From Candidatus Berkelbacteria bacterium (GTDB lineage Bacteria > Patescibacteriota > UBA1384 > XYA2-FULL-43-10 > CAINNR01): DNA of 58,076 nucleotides. The stretch's first letter is position 1. The number at the start of each line of letters is the position of its first letter. Of this stretch, positions 1 through 8,897 are shown piece by piece. Both the position numbers and the translations under genes were made by a program. The notes under the pieces were generated by a model. The model searched no databases. It saw only the letters and a program-made list of their open reading frames with translations, and had not been told where the DNA came from. The DNA lies in contig JAPLVG010000014.1 in assembly GCA_026397235.1 (NCBI GenBank), positions 1-58,076 on the forward strand, written 5' to 3'.

Positions 1-506
1 TCTCCACAGGCCCCGATGAGGTCGGCGAGGTCATACCTCGCCCCCAACGCTCCCGCCGACACGAACTCGCCGACCGGGGCCCAGCAACGCGGCCCGGCAA
101 CGGCGACATTGCTGAGCGCCATGAAGCCGGCCGGCACCGGCTGACGCTGCCACGGGTCCTCGTTGGTGTGGAGGCTGTTGATGACCCCGTATTTCTCAGG
201 GTCGCCTCCGTACCACGAACCACTGATGACAACAGGGCCGCTGGGCGTGGCCCAGATTGCGGCCGAATAGTCCTCCTCGACTCTTCGGCACTCGCCGACC
301 CAGCCCGACTCAGTCGCCAGGTACACAGTCCGCCGGTCGGCGCTGATGTAGCGCTTACCGACCGCGACCGGCTCTGGTGACTTCTCATACCACCAGTGGC
401 AAGGTTGCCCCTGATAGTTACAGATGCCGCACAACTGGCACGGCTCTGTATCGACCATTACGACGCCGATCTCCTCCGCCTTTTGCTTCGCTGCTACTGC
501 ATTCAT
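1..506 (-). CDS. hypothetical Cys-rich protein, N-terminal part only (ORF runs off the left edge); G+C-rich ORFan
   Basis: Own minus-strand translation: ATG at 506-504, GGGAGGTG SD at 513-520, and no in-frame stop down to position 3 (168 codons, MNAVAAKQKAEEIGVVMVDTEPCQLCGICNYQGQPCHWW...). It is absent from the ORF track because the window edge truncates it. No family recognised. Confidence 0.55.
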   Translation of the reverse strand, partial: MNAVAAKQKAEEIGVVMVDTEPCQLCGICNYQGQPCHWWYEKSPEPVAVGKRYISADRRTVYLATESGWVGECRRVEEDYSAAIWATPSGPVVISGSWYGGDPEKYGVINSLHTNEDPWQRQPVPAGFMALSNVAVAGPRCWAPVGEFVSAGALGARYDLADLIGACG

Positions 507-719
507 CCTAATCACCTCCCAAGGTGTTCCCCGAAGGGCGCGGTGCTAGGATAGTGCACCGTCTTTTAAGATTCTCCCGCAACGAAGGCGGGGTTGTTTC
601 TCTGTCTTTCGCCTCGAGTTAGACTCAAGACGAAGGAAAAGAAACATTTTTTTGGCATCAAGAAAATAGGCATCGGCAATGCTTTGGTTAATATTTATTT
701 TAAAAAAATCTAAGGTGAT

Positions 720-985
720 TGAGCTCCCGCCAAGGCGGCGGGAGCTCCGGAATGTTGATGTCGCGCGGGGAGTGCAGTTCAGATCGAGCCCATTGGCTCT
801 CACCTGGTCCAACTCCTTCAAAGAAGGGGCTGGACGACAGAGGATTGGAGTCCTCTTACACTCCCCGGCCGGCAAGACGCTGGTGCCGGAACCGTGACTG
901 CGCTGGCGTGCTTACTAGAGTAGCAGGCGATCCTCCAAGATCCCTGAAACCCGGAGTAAGTTCACCACAAGCCAAGCTGAAGTAA
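720..985 (-). ncRNA. candidate structured RNA or long 5' leader (unknown class), G+C-rich and ORF-poor
   Basis: 11-bp perfect hairpin GAGCTCCCGCC/GGCGGGAGCTC (721-747). 8-bp long-range helix 767-774/859-866 encloses nested stems. Track ORFs here look spurious. No RNase P, tmRNA or SRP motif found. Confidence 0.25.
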
Positions 986-1094
986 AATATTTACTGCAAT
1001 TTGGCTCGTAGAACCTTCGCGGTCTTTGCTGCCAACGTGATGAAGCGGAATATCCGCTCCATCTACGCTGACAACTATAAGGTGAATGTCCATC

Positions 1095-1313
1095 TCATGT
1101 CCTGGCGGCAATTATGGCGTTTGCTGATCTTTTACCCACGCACCACAACAAGTTAGGGTGCGGGGCATGACTCAGCAGCCAATAATTGTTTTCCCTCCAA
1201 ATAGGCATTTCAACAGACTTATCTAAATACTCCTGAAACTTGGATAAATCTACATTCTTAACTACACGGATCTGATACACAGATTGACACTGATCAACCC
1301 AGGAAAAAAACAT
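1095..1313 (-). CDS. hypothetical protein (72 aa)
   Basis: ORF track only; no recognisable motif or clear SD. Confidence 0.3.
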   Translation of the reverse strand: MFFSWVDQCQSVYQIRVVKNVDLSKFQEYLDKSVEMPIWRENNYWLLSHAPHPNLLWCVGKRSANAIIAART

Positions 1314-1321
1314 TTGTATGG

Positions 1322-1345
1322 ATTCCGGATCAAGTCCGGAATGAC
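1322..1345. repeat. hairpin-GAC repeat (ATTCCGGA-N5-TCCGGAAT-GAC)
   Basis: Same architecture as the ATTCCCGC-CTTC-GCGGGAAT-GAC copies at 9788-9815, 10530-10557, 26352-26378 and 56122-56148. Confidence 0.6.
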
Positions 1346-1383
1346 AATCGGGTATACGCCAGTTATGGCGTGTATTCTGGCGA

Positions 1384-1410
1384 GATCCTTCGCTAATCGC
1401 TCAGGATGAC
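1384..1410. repeat. degenerate hairpin-GAC repeat
   Basis: ATCC-N15-GGAT followed by GAC; weaker member of the same family. Confidence 0.4.
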
Positions 1411-1748
1411 ATTTGAGTGAGCTCAATGGGTTCATGGTTTTGACTCCTGATCAAAACTCCGGTCTTGCGAGCTCATTCGCGCCAGTTTAACTGCTATTGG
1501 CAGCTAAATGGTATTTATCTATATGTTGTTAAGGTGCGAAGGCGGTTGGCTGATGTCCTGGGTTTCTCTACCGCTCTTCATCGTACACAGGCATTATAGC
1601 ACAGGTCTTTTAAAATGTCAATAGTATAGTGACTAAATTAGCTTATTATATAAAGTTGACAAGTTGCTAATTATTCTTTATATAACGCTCGATGTTTCCA
1701 AAAACTGCATTATCAACTACATTTATTAAACAATGTGTATAAATCTAT

Positions 1749-1777
1749 TTGACAATATACTTAACATATGATAGAAT
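1749..1777 (+). promoter_or_regulatory. sigma70-type promoter with extended -10, predicting a leaderless trmB-like mRNA
   Basis: TTGACA 1749-1754, 17-nt spacer, TG at 1769-1770, TAGAAT 1772-1777. The ATG at 1784 lies 7 nt after the -10 and has no SD. Confidence 0.55.
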
Positions 1778-1783
1778 TAAACT

Positions 1784-2560
1784 ATGACAGAAAATAAATA
1801 TCAACAACTTTTCACCCAATTGGGTCTGACTGAAAATGAGGCTGTGATTTATGAAACACTCCTCAACCACGGCCAGCTTCCTATTATTGAGCTTCAAAAC
1901 TTTCATCCTGAGCTCAAGAGAACTAACCTCTATGCGCTTTTGTACTCACTTCGAGACAAGCAGTTAGTTGTTCAATCACAAAAAGGAGCGAAAACGGAGT
2001 TTCGCTTAAATGATCCTGGGCAGCTTCAATCCTTGATCTCAAAGCGCCAAGAGGAAATTGAGAGTCAAAAAGCCTTGCTAAACGCTTATCTTCCAAACTT
2101 GAACCAAACCTACCAACTCTCGAGTGAGAAACCGACTACTCGGATTCTTGAGGGCTATGAAGGCATAAAAGAGTTATATATGGATACTATTAGAGAGAAT
2201 AAACCAATTCTGTCATTTTTAGGTTTGGCTGAGGCTGATGCATCGGTTACTCGCTGGTTGCATCGTTACTACGTGGTAATGCGCAAAAAAGCAAAAATCC
2301 CTGCCAGAGTTATTGTTTCTGTTGATAAAATTGATCCGGAGACCGCAGCTTACATTAAGCGATCAAATGAGGGATTACGCCAGATTAAAATTGTGAAGAA
2401 AAAACAATTTCCTGCAGTTATAGAAGTTCAGATTTACGGCAATAAGGTTTCTTTTGCCAATTACAACAAAAAGAATGAGCTCGTCGGAGTTATTATAGAG
2501 AACAAATATATCGCTGAAACAATGCGGGGGCTATTCGAGCTCGGTTGGTCTAGTATCTGA
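1784..2560 (+). CDS. TrmB-family winged-helix transcriptional regulator
   Basis: N-terminal wHTH typical of TrmB-like regulators (LGLTENEAVIYETLLNHGQLPIIELQ...RTNLYALLYSLRDKQLV) plus a C-terminal ~150-aa domain. Confidence 0.6.
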   Translation: MTENKYQQLFTQLGLTENEAVIYETLLNHGQLPIIELQNFHPELKRTNLYALLYSLRDKQLVVQSQKGAKTEFRLNDPGQLQSLISKRQEEIESQKALLNAYLPNLNQTYQLSSEKPTTRILEGYEGIKELYMDTIRENKPILSFLGLAEADASVTRWLHRYYVVMRKKAKIPARVIVSVDKIDPETAAYIKRSNEGLRQIKIVKKKQFPAVIEVQIYGNKVSFANYNKKNELVGVIIENKYIAETMRGLFELGWSSI

Positions 2561-4081
2561 CTTTTGCATTTGCTGACTAACCATTTCTTCTAGTTGTTCT
2601 TTGGTGTGCGGTTTTTCGGCAACAAACATATTCTCTTTAATCACCAGCACCTCACCCTGCTCATTCTTAGCACTGACAAAATAGTTCTTTATTTTCAAAA
2701 AGGAGAACCCGGCTTCTTCCATGACTTGTTGGATTTCTCTATTACTCGGCAGGTAGCGGGGAACGGCGACTTCTTCGGAGTCGCTGGTGAGTGCACCTTC
2801 CTGTTTTGATGGAGCGTCAAACAAAGTTCCCAAAGGATACGGTTTATAGTTTGGATCCTGGCGTTTTTTCCCGAGTTCTGAAGCGTAATGGGCGGCGATT
2901 GCTTCAAAGTATGGCCCAAAATTGCGATCCGGCATTTCTATAATAATTCTGCCCCCGGGTTGAAGATTTTGGTAAATATTTTTCAGCACCTGAAGTTCTC
3001 CGTCGTGCGTTCCGGCAAAACCGAAGGTATGCCACATAATAATTGCTACATCAGCGGGTTCTGAGCCAAATCTTTTTTCATATTCCACTTGATCAAGTTC
3101 GAAGAAGTCTCCAACCGCGCCGTTTATGTGTTCGGGAATATTTTCCACATCCCGTTCGAAATCGTCGCTGATTGAATTGATTTTCTCAAATACCCCAATA
3201 CTGGTATTTAAAAGTGAGTTTGTCGTCGCTACTTTGCCGTGCTGGTGGATGGTACCGACTTGCTCAATGTAATCTTGAGAAAACCGCTCTGCTCTAGCCG
3301 CTAGGCCAGCGATCATCTTGTCAGAAATATCCAAAGCATTAACTTGGTGGCCAAGAGCGGCGAGAGGAATTGCCACCCTTCCGTCTCCGCAGCCAATATC
3401 CAGAACAGTCAAAGCATAATCCGGCTTTGTTTCGTATGCTTCAGGAATTAAGTTTTCCAATGCCGTTGCTGTGTTGGTGGTTTTGCCTTCATATTCTTGA
3501 AGGTTGATTTCACTCATTATCTTTTCTTGTCCGGCAGCAACTTCGCCCGGTTCAATTGGTCTATATTTAGTCGGATCAAAAACTTGTTCGTCGTAGTATG
3601 GGTTGCTAGTAAATCGATGGAGAATAAATTGACATTTAATAAAAGACTCAGGTATTCTAGGTGGTATAAGAACAAGCATTAATTCTCTATTAAATTCGCG
3701 CAAAATTGACCAGCGGCCTTTGGCAGTCAAATCCTCGTGATACTCGCCTGCAAAGATACCTCTGGTGATTTCATGAGATTGAGTCACAATGTTTTGAAAT
3801 ACTATCATCGCCTCATGGCTGGCTGATTGATTCGACAACATTTCCTCGATTGCTTGTCTCACCGCGCCCGCTAGTCTTCGCGACTCGGCCGATTCTCCGT
3901 TTAATCTTTCTCGCCAAAATTCCGAGTTTTCATCACTTTCGTCGTTTTCGAGTTTTTCAGTTTCTTGTAACCAACTCAAATAACTCCCTTTTACTTTTTC
4001 TGGAGAGAAATCATTGACGACTGGTTCGTCTTTTGGGTCTTCTATCTCCGTAGTATCAAATTTTGGTAATGCTTCACCCAT
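2531..4081 (-). CDS. class I SAM-dependent methyltransferase domain protein with a long N-terminal region
   Basis: Motif I VLDIGCGDGRVAIPLAALGH followed by ALDISDKM. The rest has no recognisable family. Confidence 0.65.
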   Translation of the reverse strand: MGEALPKFDTTEIEDPKDEPVVNDFSPEKVKGSYLSWLQETEKLENDESDENSEFWRERLNGESAESRRLAGAVRQAIEEMLSNQSASHEAMIVFQNIVTQSHEITRGIFAGEYHEDLTAKGRWSILREFNRELMLVLIPPRIPESFIKCQFILHRFTSNPYYDEQVFDPTKYRPIEPGEVAAGQEKIMSEINLQEYEGKTTNTATALENLIPEAYETKPDYALTVLDIGCGDGRVAIPLAALGHQVNALDISDKMIAGLAARAERFSQDYIEQVGTIHQHGKVATTNSLLNTSIGVFEKINSISDDFERDVENIPEHINGAVGDFFELDQVEYEKRFGSEPADVAIIMWHTFGFAGTHDGELQVLKNIYQNLQPGGRIIIEMPDRNFGPYFEAIAAHYASELGKKRQDPNYKPYPLGTLFDAPSKQEGALTSDSEEVAVPRYLPSNREIQQVMEEAGFSFLKIKNYFVSAKNEQGEVLVIKENMFVAEKPHTKEQLEEMVSQQMQKSDTRPTELE

Positions 4082-4151
4082 ATTTTTTGGAAAATTAATA
4101 TTTTTTCCATTATAACATTTTGAATTTTTTTAGTTATGATAAAATAGGAGT

Positions 4152-4634
4152 ATGAACGATTCAAACTTCACATTCAAAGGGCAGCGGTCGGATGAGAGGG
4201 TTTTTAATGTTGTTCGGCGCCATCCGATAGTTTTCTTTTGGCCGTTGTTGGAAGCAACACTAGCACTGGCAGTAGCTATTATCGTGCTGATTTATTTTGA
4301 TTTTGGTAACTTATTCTATATTGTTGGCGGATTGGCAATATTATTTATTTTCGCCGTCATTGCCAAGGTCTGGTTTATTTACTCGAACAGTTTTTGTCTA
4401 ATCACCAACCAAAGGGTGATAAATGTTGATCAGCGTAATTTTTTCGACCGGCGTATCACCGAAACCGAATACGCCAAAATTCAAGATGTAACAAACACAA
4501 CGACTGGAATGCTGGGAACGTCGCTAAATTTCGGCGAAATAGTCATCCAGACTGCGGGCAAAGAGAACAAACTGACAATCAAGTATATTCCTGATCCATA
4601 TCAAGTCCAGCAAGAAATTACTAAAAATATTTAG
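4152..4634 (+). CDS. membrane protein with bacterial PH (YdbS/YdbT-like) domain
   Basis: Two TM helices (VFFWPLLEATLALAVAIIVLIY, FYIVGGLAILFIFAVIAKVWFIY) followed by an ~80-aa soluble domain, the layout of bPH_2/DUF304 proteins. Confidence 0.45.
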   Translation: MNDSNFTFKGQRSDERVFNVVRRHPIVFFWPLLEATLALAVAIIVLIYFDFGNLFYIVGGLAILFIFAVIAKVWFIYSNSFCLITNQRVINVDQRNFFDRRITETEYAKIQDVTNTTTGMLGTSLNFGEIVIQTAGKENKLTIKYIPDPYQVQQEITKNI

Positions 4635-4642
4635 GAGCATTA

Positions 4643-5017
4643 ATGGTGAAAGTTGATATTGAATACTCGAATCTTTCAGGGCGAGATTTAGAAATGGCAG
4701 AGAATTTTTCCTCTGTCAGCCAAATGGGGGGGGCAGAAACCTCAGAAGAGGATCCCAAAGAATCGGATCCGAAAAATTTGTTGGCGGATTTTGAAAAATC
4801 TAAACCGCTAAAAAGTTTTATAAAGGACCGAATGCAATCGCTACCGGCTTTTAAGGGCAGAAAGAGATCGGAAATAGCCAATGAGGAAATTCAACAAGAG
4901 ATAGAATTTGCCAGAGAAACTGATGGTTATAAAAATTTATTGATGAAATATTTCCAAACAGAAGGTGATCCGCTGAAGAATTTATTGATGAGATTGAAGA
5001 TTATTGGGCATTTATAG
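4643..5017 (+). CDS. hypothetical acidic protein, possibly the 5' part of a frameshifted gene
   Basis: ORF track. A protein-like frame without a start codon overlaps its 3' end (next feature). Confidence 0.4.
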   Translation: MVKVDIEYSNLSGRDLEMAENFSSVSQMGGAETSEEDPKESDPKNLLADFEKSKPLKSFIKDRMQSLPAFKGRKRSEIANEEIQQEIEFARETDGYKNLLMKYFQTEGDPLKNLLMRLKIIGHL

Positions 5018-5244
5018 TTTATGAACGAAGAGTTTCTGATAAACATGGACCGGAAGTTAAACACGAAAATGATTTAGAGCGAAGCAGACGACATATGCGT
5101 GCTGCGAGACAACTTTGTAAAGATGGTGTTGCCCCAAATGATAAAATTGCCAGACTAATTGTCCACTTTTTATCAATAGATCAAGGATATGACGATTTAG
5201 ACTTCTTGCGTGATGAAAATCGTCGAGCTTTAACACTTCAATAA
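4969..5244 (+). pseudogene. open -1 frame continuing from 4643..5017 (possible frameshift or assembly indel)
   Basis: 92 sense codons (SAEEFIDEIEDYWAFIVYERRVSDKHGPEVKHENDLERSRRH...RRALTLQ*). No ATG/GTG/TTG before 5095. Overlaps the upstream ORF by 49 nt. Confidence 0.3.
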
Positions 5245-5291
5245 AAAGATTGCCGTGCTTTTCGCTTTACTTAATGGCTCGCAATGACAAT

Positions 5292-8200
5292 TCAAGAAAT
5301 ATTTTCTTTTCCAACTATCTCTTTTAATTTTCGCTTAACAACCGGGCTTATGTCAATGCGGTTTTTTATTTTGATTTCCTCCCAACCGGAACCATTTTTT
5401 GGTACTTTTATAATTACCGGACTTGTACCAGAGTGAAGCGCAAGTATGGCTTTAATGTCCTTTAAAATTTTTGGTTCTGAACCACGAGGTATGGTGATTT
5501 GCAGTGTCTCTGGTTTGATATCAATTGGGGAAGAAATTGTAGAATTGCTGAATTGTTGAATTGCTGGGTTCGCGTCGCGATTGTTTCCCCAATTATTCAA
5601 TTTTTTCTTGCCGCGTGGGACAAATTCCGGGATTTTATCATCTCCCACAGAGTCACCTGACGGAAGACCAACAGGGAATATCTCTTCAGCTAAAATCTTC
5701 AGTTCGCCATCTTTATTGCTGACATAACCATCAACAACGATAACTTGATCTGGGGTGAATATCGTTGGCGTGGCAGCAAATATCTTCGGAAAAACCAAAA
5801 CCTCAATATTCTTGGTTTGATCCTCGACTTTAATAAACGCCATTTTCTGGCTGTTTTTCTTAGTAATAATTTCCTGAACATTAGCAATAATTCCAGCAAT
5901 GCGGACAAATTGGTTCTCCATTTCGGCTGAAACTTCAATGATTTTTTTCTGCTGATGAGGTTCTATCAACGGCGCAATTTCTGACAGCGGATGTTCGGAA
6001 ACATACATACCCAAAAGCTCTCGCTCCCAAGCCAGGCGCTGTTTTTTGTCTGCCGGTTGGGTGGCTTCAAACTCAATTTTTGCCGTCTCAATAATGTCGG
6101 CGGCGAAAAGCGATGATTGATTCGTATCACGATTTTTTTTGACGCCAGCAGCAAACGCCAACATTCGCTCCATATTAAAAATCAACTCATTACGTTCAGC
6201 TAAATCATCAAGGGCACCGGCCATTGACAGCGCTTCGAGGGATTTTTTATTTATAACTTTCGGTCCCAACCGAGTGAGAAGTTCCGCAATGTCTTTATAT
6301 TTACCATTATTTTTGCGGTCTTCGACAATCTCTTCGGCAACTGCAGCACCGACATGTTTTATTGCCGAAAGACCAAAGCGGACATTGCCGGTTTCTTTAA
6401 CCACGCCAAAATCAACAAAGGATTCATTAACAGATGGTGGCAGAACGGCGATCCCCATCCGTTTGCACTCCTCAATTTCCATTGCCAATTTATCCAAGTC
6501 ATCTTTATTTGATGTCATTAGCGCTGACATATATTCCGGCGGAAAGTTGGATTTCAAATAAGCGGTTTGGTAGGCAACCAAGGCGTAACTAGCGGCGTGA
6601 GCCTTGTTAAAACCGTAACCAGCAAAGGTCTCTATTTGATTCCAAAGTTCGTTAGTTGTTGATTCGCTCATTCCGCGTTCAATAATTTGGCGGAAAAATT
6701 TATCTTTTTGCGCCGCCATTTCTTTGACGATTTTTTTACCAATGGCTTTGCGAAATTTGTCGACTTCTTCCCAGTTGTAGCCGGCAAGTTCAATGGCAAT
6801 CATTAAAACGTCATCTTGATAAACAATCAAGCCGAGCGATTGTTTGAGAACGGCTTCCAGTCTCGGGTCAGCATATTTTATTCGCCCGGGATTATGTTTT
6901 CTGGCCACATATTCGGGAATAAAGGACATTGGTCCGGGGCGGTAAAGTGCGACCATGGCCATGATGTCTAAAATGGTAGTTGGTCGCAACTCTTTGATAT
7001 TTTTCCTCATGCCTTCGGATTCCAGCTGGAAGACACCAATTGTTTCTCCTCGGGATAACATTTCGTAGGTTTTTTTATCGTCAAGCGGAATTTCATCCAA
7101 AATTACTTTAACCTCGCGGGTTTTGGCAACAATTTTAATCACATTTTGAATAATCGAAAGGTTTGCTAAGCCCAAAAAATCCATCTTAATTAAGCCAATC
7201 CCATCCTCTCCAACGGCGTGCATCTCGTATTGGGTAATCAACCGGCCGCCCTTGGCATCCATCATCACCGGCGTGTAGTTAGTAATTTCTTCTGGCGCAA
7301 TTACTACTCCGGCGGCATGAACTGATGCGTGACGAACAACACCCTCCAATTTTCTAGCAATATCGATGCATTGTTTTACCCGCGGATCGGAATCATATAA
7401 ATTCCGCAGTTCGGAAACTTCCTTCAAGGCTTTGTCCAAAGTAGTTTTTAGTGGTGGAATTAATTTAGCGATGATATCAACTTCGGAGTAACTCATACCC
7501 AAAACCCGGCCGACATCGCGAACTGCCATTCTGGCGGCCATGGTTCCAAAAGTGATAATTTGCGCCACGTGATCTTTGCCGTACTTGTTGGAAACATAGC
7601 GAATAATTTCGTCGCGGCCGGCATCAGCAATATCGGCGTCAATATCAGGCGCAGATGGACGATATGGATTTAAAAACCGCTCAAACGGCAAATTATAATC
7701 AAAAGGATTGAGTTGTTTACCAGTAATTCCCAGTGCGTAAGAAATAAAACAGCCGGCAGCCGAGCCCCTGGTGTTAGTTGGGATACCTTGCTGCTTGGCG
7801 AAGTGGAAGAAGTCCTGAACAATCAAAAAATATCCCAAATATCCTTTATCTTTTATAACCTTAAATTCATAATCAATTCTATCTTGTATTTCGGACGTTA
7901 TTTCTGGTACAACGTTTGGTAATCGTTCGTCGATTAGCTTTCGTAGATATGTTTCGTAGGTCTCACCCTCAGGTAATGGAAACTCCGGAAATTGAAATTT
8001 GCCCAGCTCAATTTTGACATCGCACTTTTCCATCACCTCCAGCGTGTTGGTTAAAACCTCCGGATGATCGGGAAAATTTGCTGACATTTGGGCCTGGGTT
8101 AGTAGTGAGTAATCATCACCGGTCATTGTCATACGGTTAGCGTCAGTTACCAATTTTCCGGTTTGCAAGCAAATTAGGGCGTCGTGGGCAATATTGTCAT

Positions 8201-8858
8201 CGGAATTAACATAATGTGGATCATTGGTAGCGACAACCTTTAGCCCGAACTCCTGCGCCAACTTGAAAATATTTTCATTGGCTTGTTTTTGCTCCGGAAC
8301 GGTATTCGGGTGATGTTGAACCTCCAAATAAAGATCATCCTTGGAAAAAATTTTCAGATACTCTTTGACTGCTTTCCGGCCTTCTTCTATATTTTCTAAC
8401 GATTTGCGTGGAATCTCACCCTGAACACAGGCGGAGCAGGCGATTAGTCCTTCGGAGTATTGTTTTAAAAGTTTTTTATCAACTCTTGGCTTGTAGTAAT
8501 AACCATCCAAGTGAGCAAACGATGTTAGCTTCATTAAATTGCGATAGCCGGTGTCGTTTTTGGCAAGTAAAATTAAATGATAAGCGGAGGAATCGACTCG
8601 TGGCTGCTTATCTTTCATAGACCGTGGCGCCACATATGCCTCCATCCCCAGGATCGGCTTAATGCCTTGTTTGGTGCACTGTTCATAAAATTCAACAATG
8701 CCGTGCATCACGCCGTGATCGGTCAGTGCCAGAGCTGGCTGTCCGTCGTTCTTAGCTTTGGCCACCAAATCAGGAATCTTACCCATGCCGTCGAGCATAG
8801 AAAAATGAGAGTGAACGTGGAGATGGACAAAATCTACTTTTAGTTTTTCTTCTGACAT
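5292..8858 (-). CDS. dnaE: DNA polymerase III alpha subunit
   Basis: PHP domain start MSEEKLKVDFVHLHVHSHFSMLDG, polymerase core and OB fold, plus a ~130-aa C-terminal extension. The start was moved to the internal ATG at 8858; the track start at 8945 adds 29 non-conserved residues. Confidence 0.95.
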   Translation of the reverse strand: MSEEKLKVDFVHLHVHSHFSMLDGMGKIPDLVAKAKNDGQPALALTDHGVMHGIVEFYEQCTKQGIKPILGMEAYVAPRSMKDKQPRVDSSAYHLILLAKNDTGYRNLMKLTSFAHLDGYYYKPRVDKKLLKQYSEGLIACSACVQGEIPRKSLENIEEGRKAVKEYLKIFSKDDLYLEVQHHPNTVPEQKQANENIFKLAQEFGLKVVATNDPHYVNSDDNIAHDALICLQTGKLVTDANRMTMTGDDYSLLTQAQMSANFPDHPEVLTNTLEVMEKCDVKIELGKFQFPEFPLPEGETYETYLRKLIDERLPNVVPEITSEIQDRIDYEFKVIKDKGYLGYFLIVQDFFHFAKQQGIPTNTRGSAAGCFISYALGITGKQLNPFDYNLPFERFLNPYRPSAPDIDADIADAGRDEIIRYVSNKYGKDHVAQIITFGTMAARMAVRDVGRVLGMSYSEVDIIAKLIPPLKTTLDKALKEVSELRNLYDSDPRVKQCIDIARKLEGVVRHASVHAAGVVIAPEEITNYTPVMMDAKGGRLITQYEMHAVGEDGIGLIKMDFLGLANLSIIQNVIKIVAKTREVKVILDEIPLDDKKTYEMLSRGETIGVFQLESEGMRKNIKELRPTTILDIMAMVALYRPGPMSFIPEYVARKHNPGRIKYADPRLEAVLKQSLGLIVYQDDVLMIAIELAGYNWEEVDKFRKAIGKKIVKEMAAQKDKFFRQIIERGMSESTTNELWNQIETFAGYGFNKAHAASYALVAYQTAYLKSNFPPEYMSALMTSNKDDLDKLAMEIEECKRMGIAVLPPSVNESFVDFGVVKETGNVRFGLSAIKHVGAAVAEEIVEDRKNNGKYKDIAELLTRLGPKVINKKSLEALSMAGALDDLAERNELIFNMERMLAFAAGVKKNRDTNQSSLFAADIIETAKIEFEATQPADKKQRLAWERELLGMYVSEHPLSEIAPLIEPHQQKKIIEVSAEMENQFVRIAGIIANVQEIITKKNSQKMAFIKVEDQTKNIEVLVFPKIFAATPTIFTPDQVIVVDGYVSNKDGELKILAEEIFPVGLPSGDSVGDDKIPEFVPRGKKKLNNWGNNRDANPAIQQFSNSTISSPIDIKPETLQITIPRGSEPKILKDIKAILALHSGTSPVIIKVPKNGSGWEEIKIKNRIDISPVVKRKLKEIVGKENIS

Positions 8859-8897
8859 AATGACAAAAATATCCTTTTCTGGTAATGTAAACGAGAT

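Noticed and set aside
720-985. RNase P RNA, tmRNA or SRP RNA identity for this region and for 44777-45115
   Set aside because: I searched by eye for GAGGAAAGUCCGGGC / ACAGAANCCGGCUUA, for GGGG...GAUUCGAC 5' and UCCACCA 3' ends, and for the GGAA-capped helix 8 motif. Only short, wrongly ordered partial matches appeared. The class is left unknown.
5699-8843. Multiple 60-140-aa track ORFs on both strands inside dnaE, and similar ones inside gltX, groEL, dnaX, dnaB, pyrG and the VanW gene
   Set aside because: They are fully nested in well-supported conserved genes, with biased composition and no SD. They are treated as shadow ORFs.
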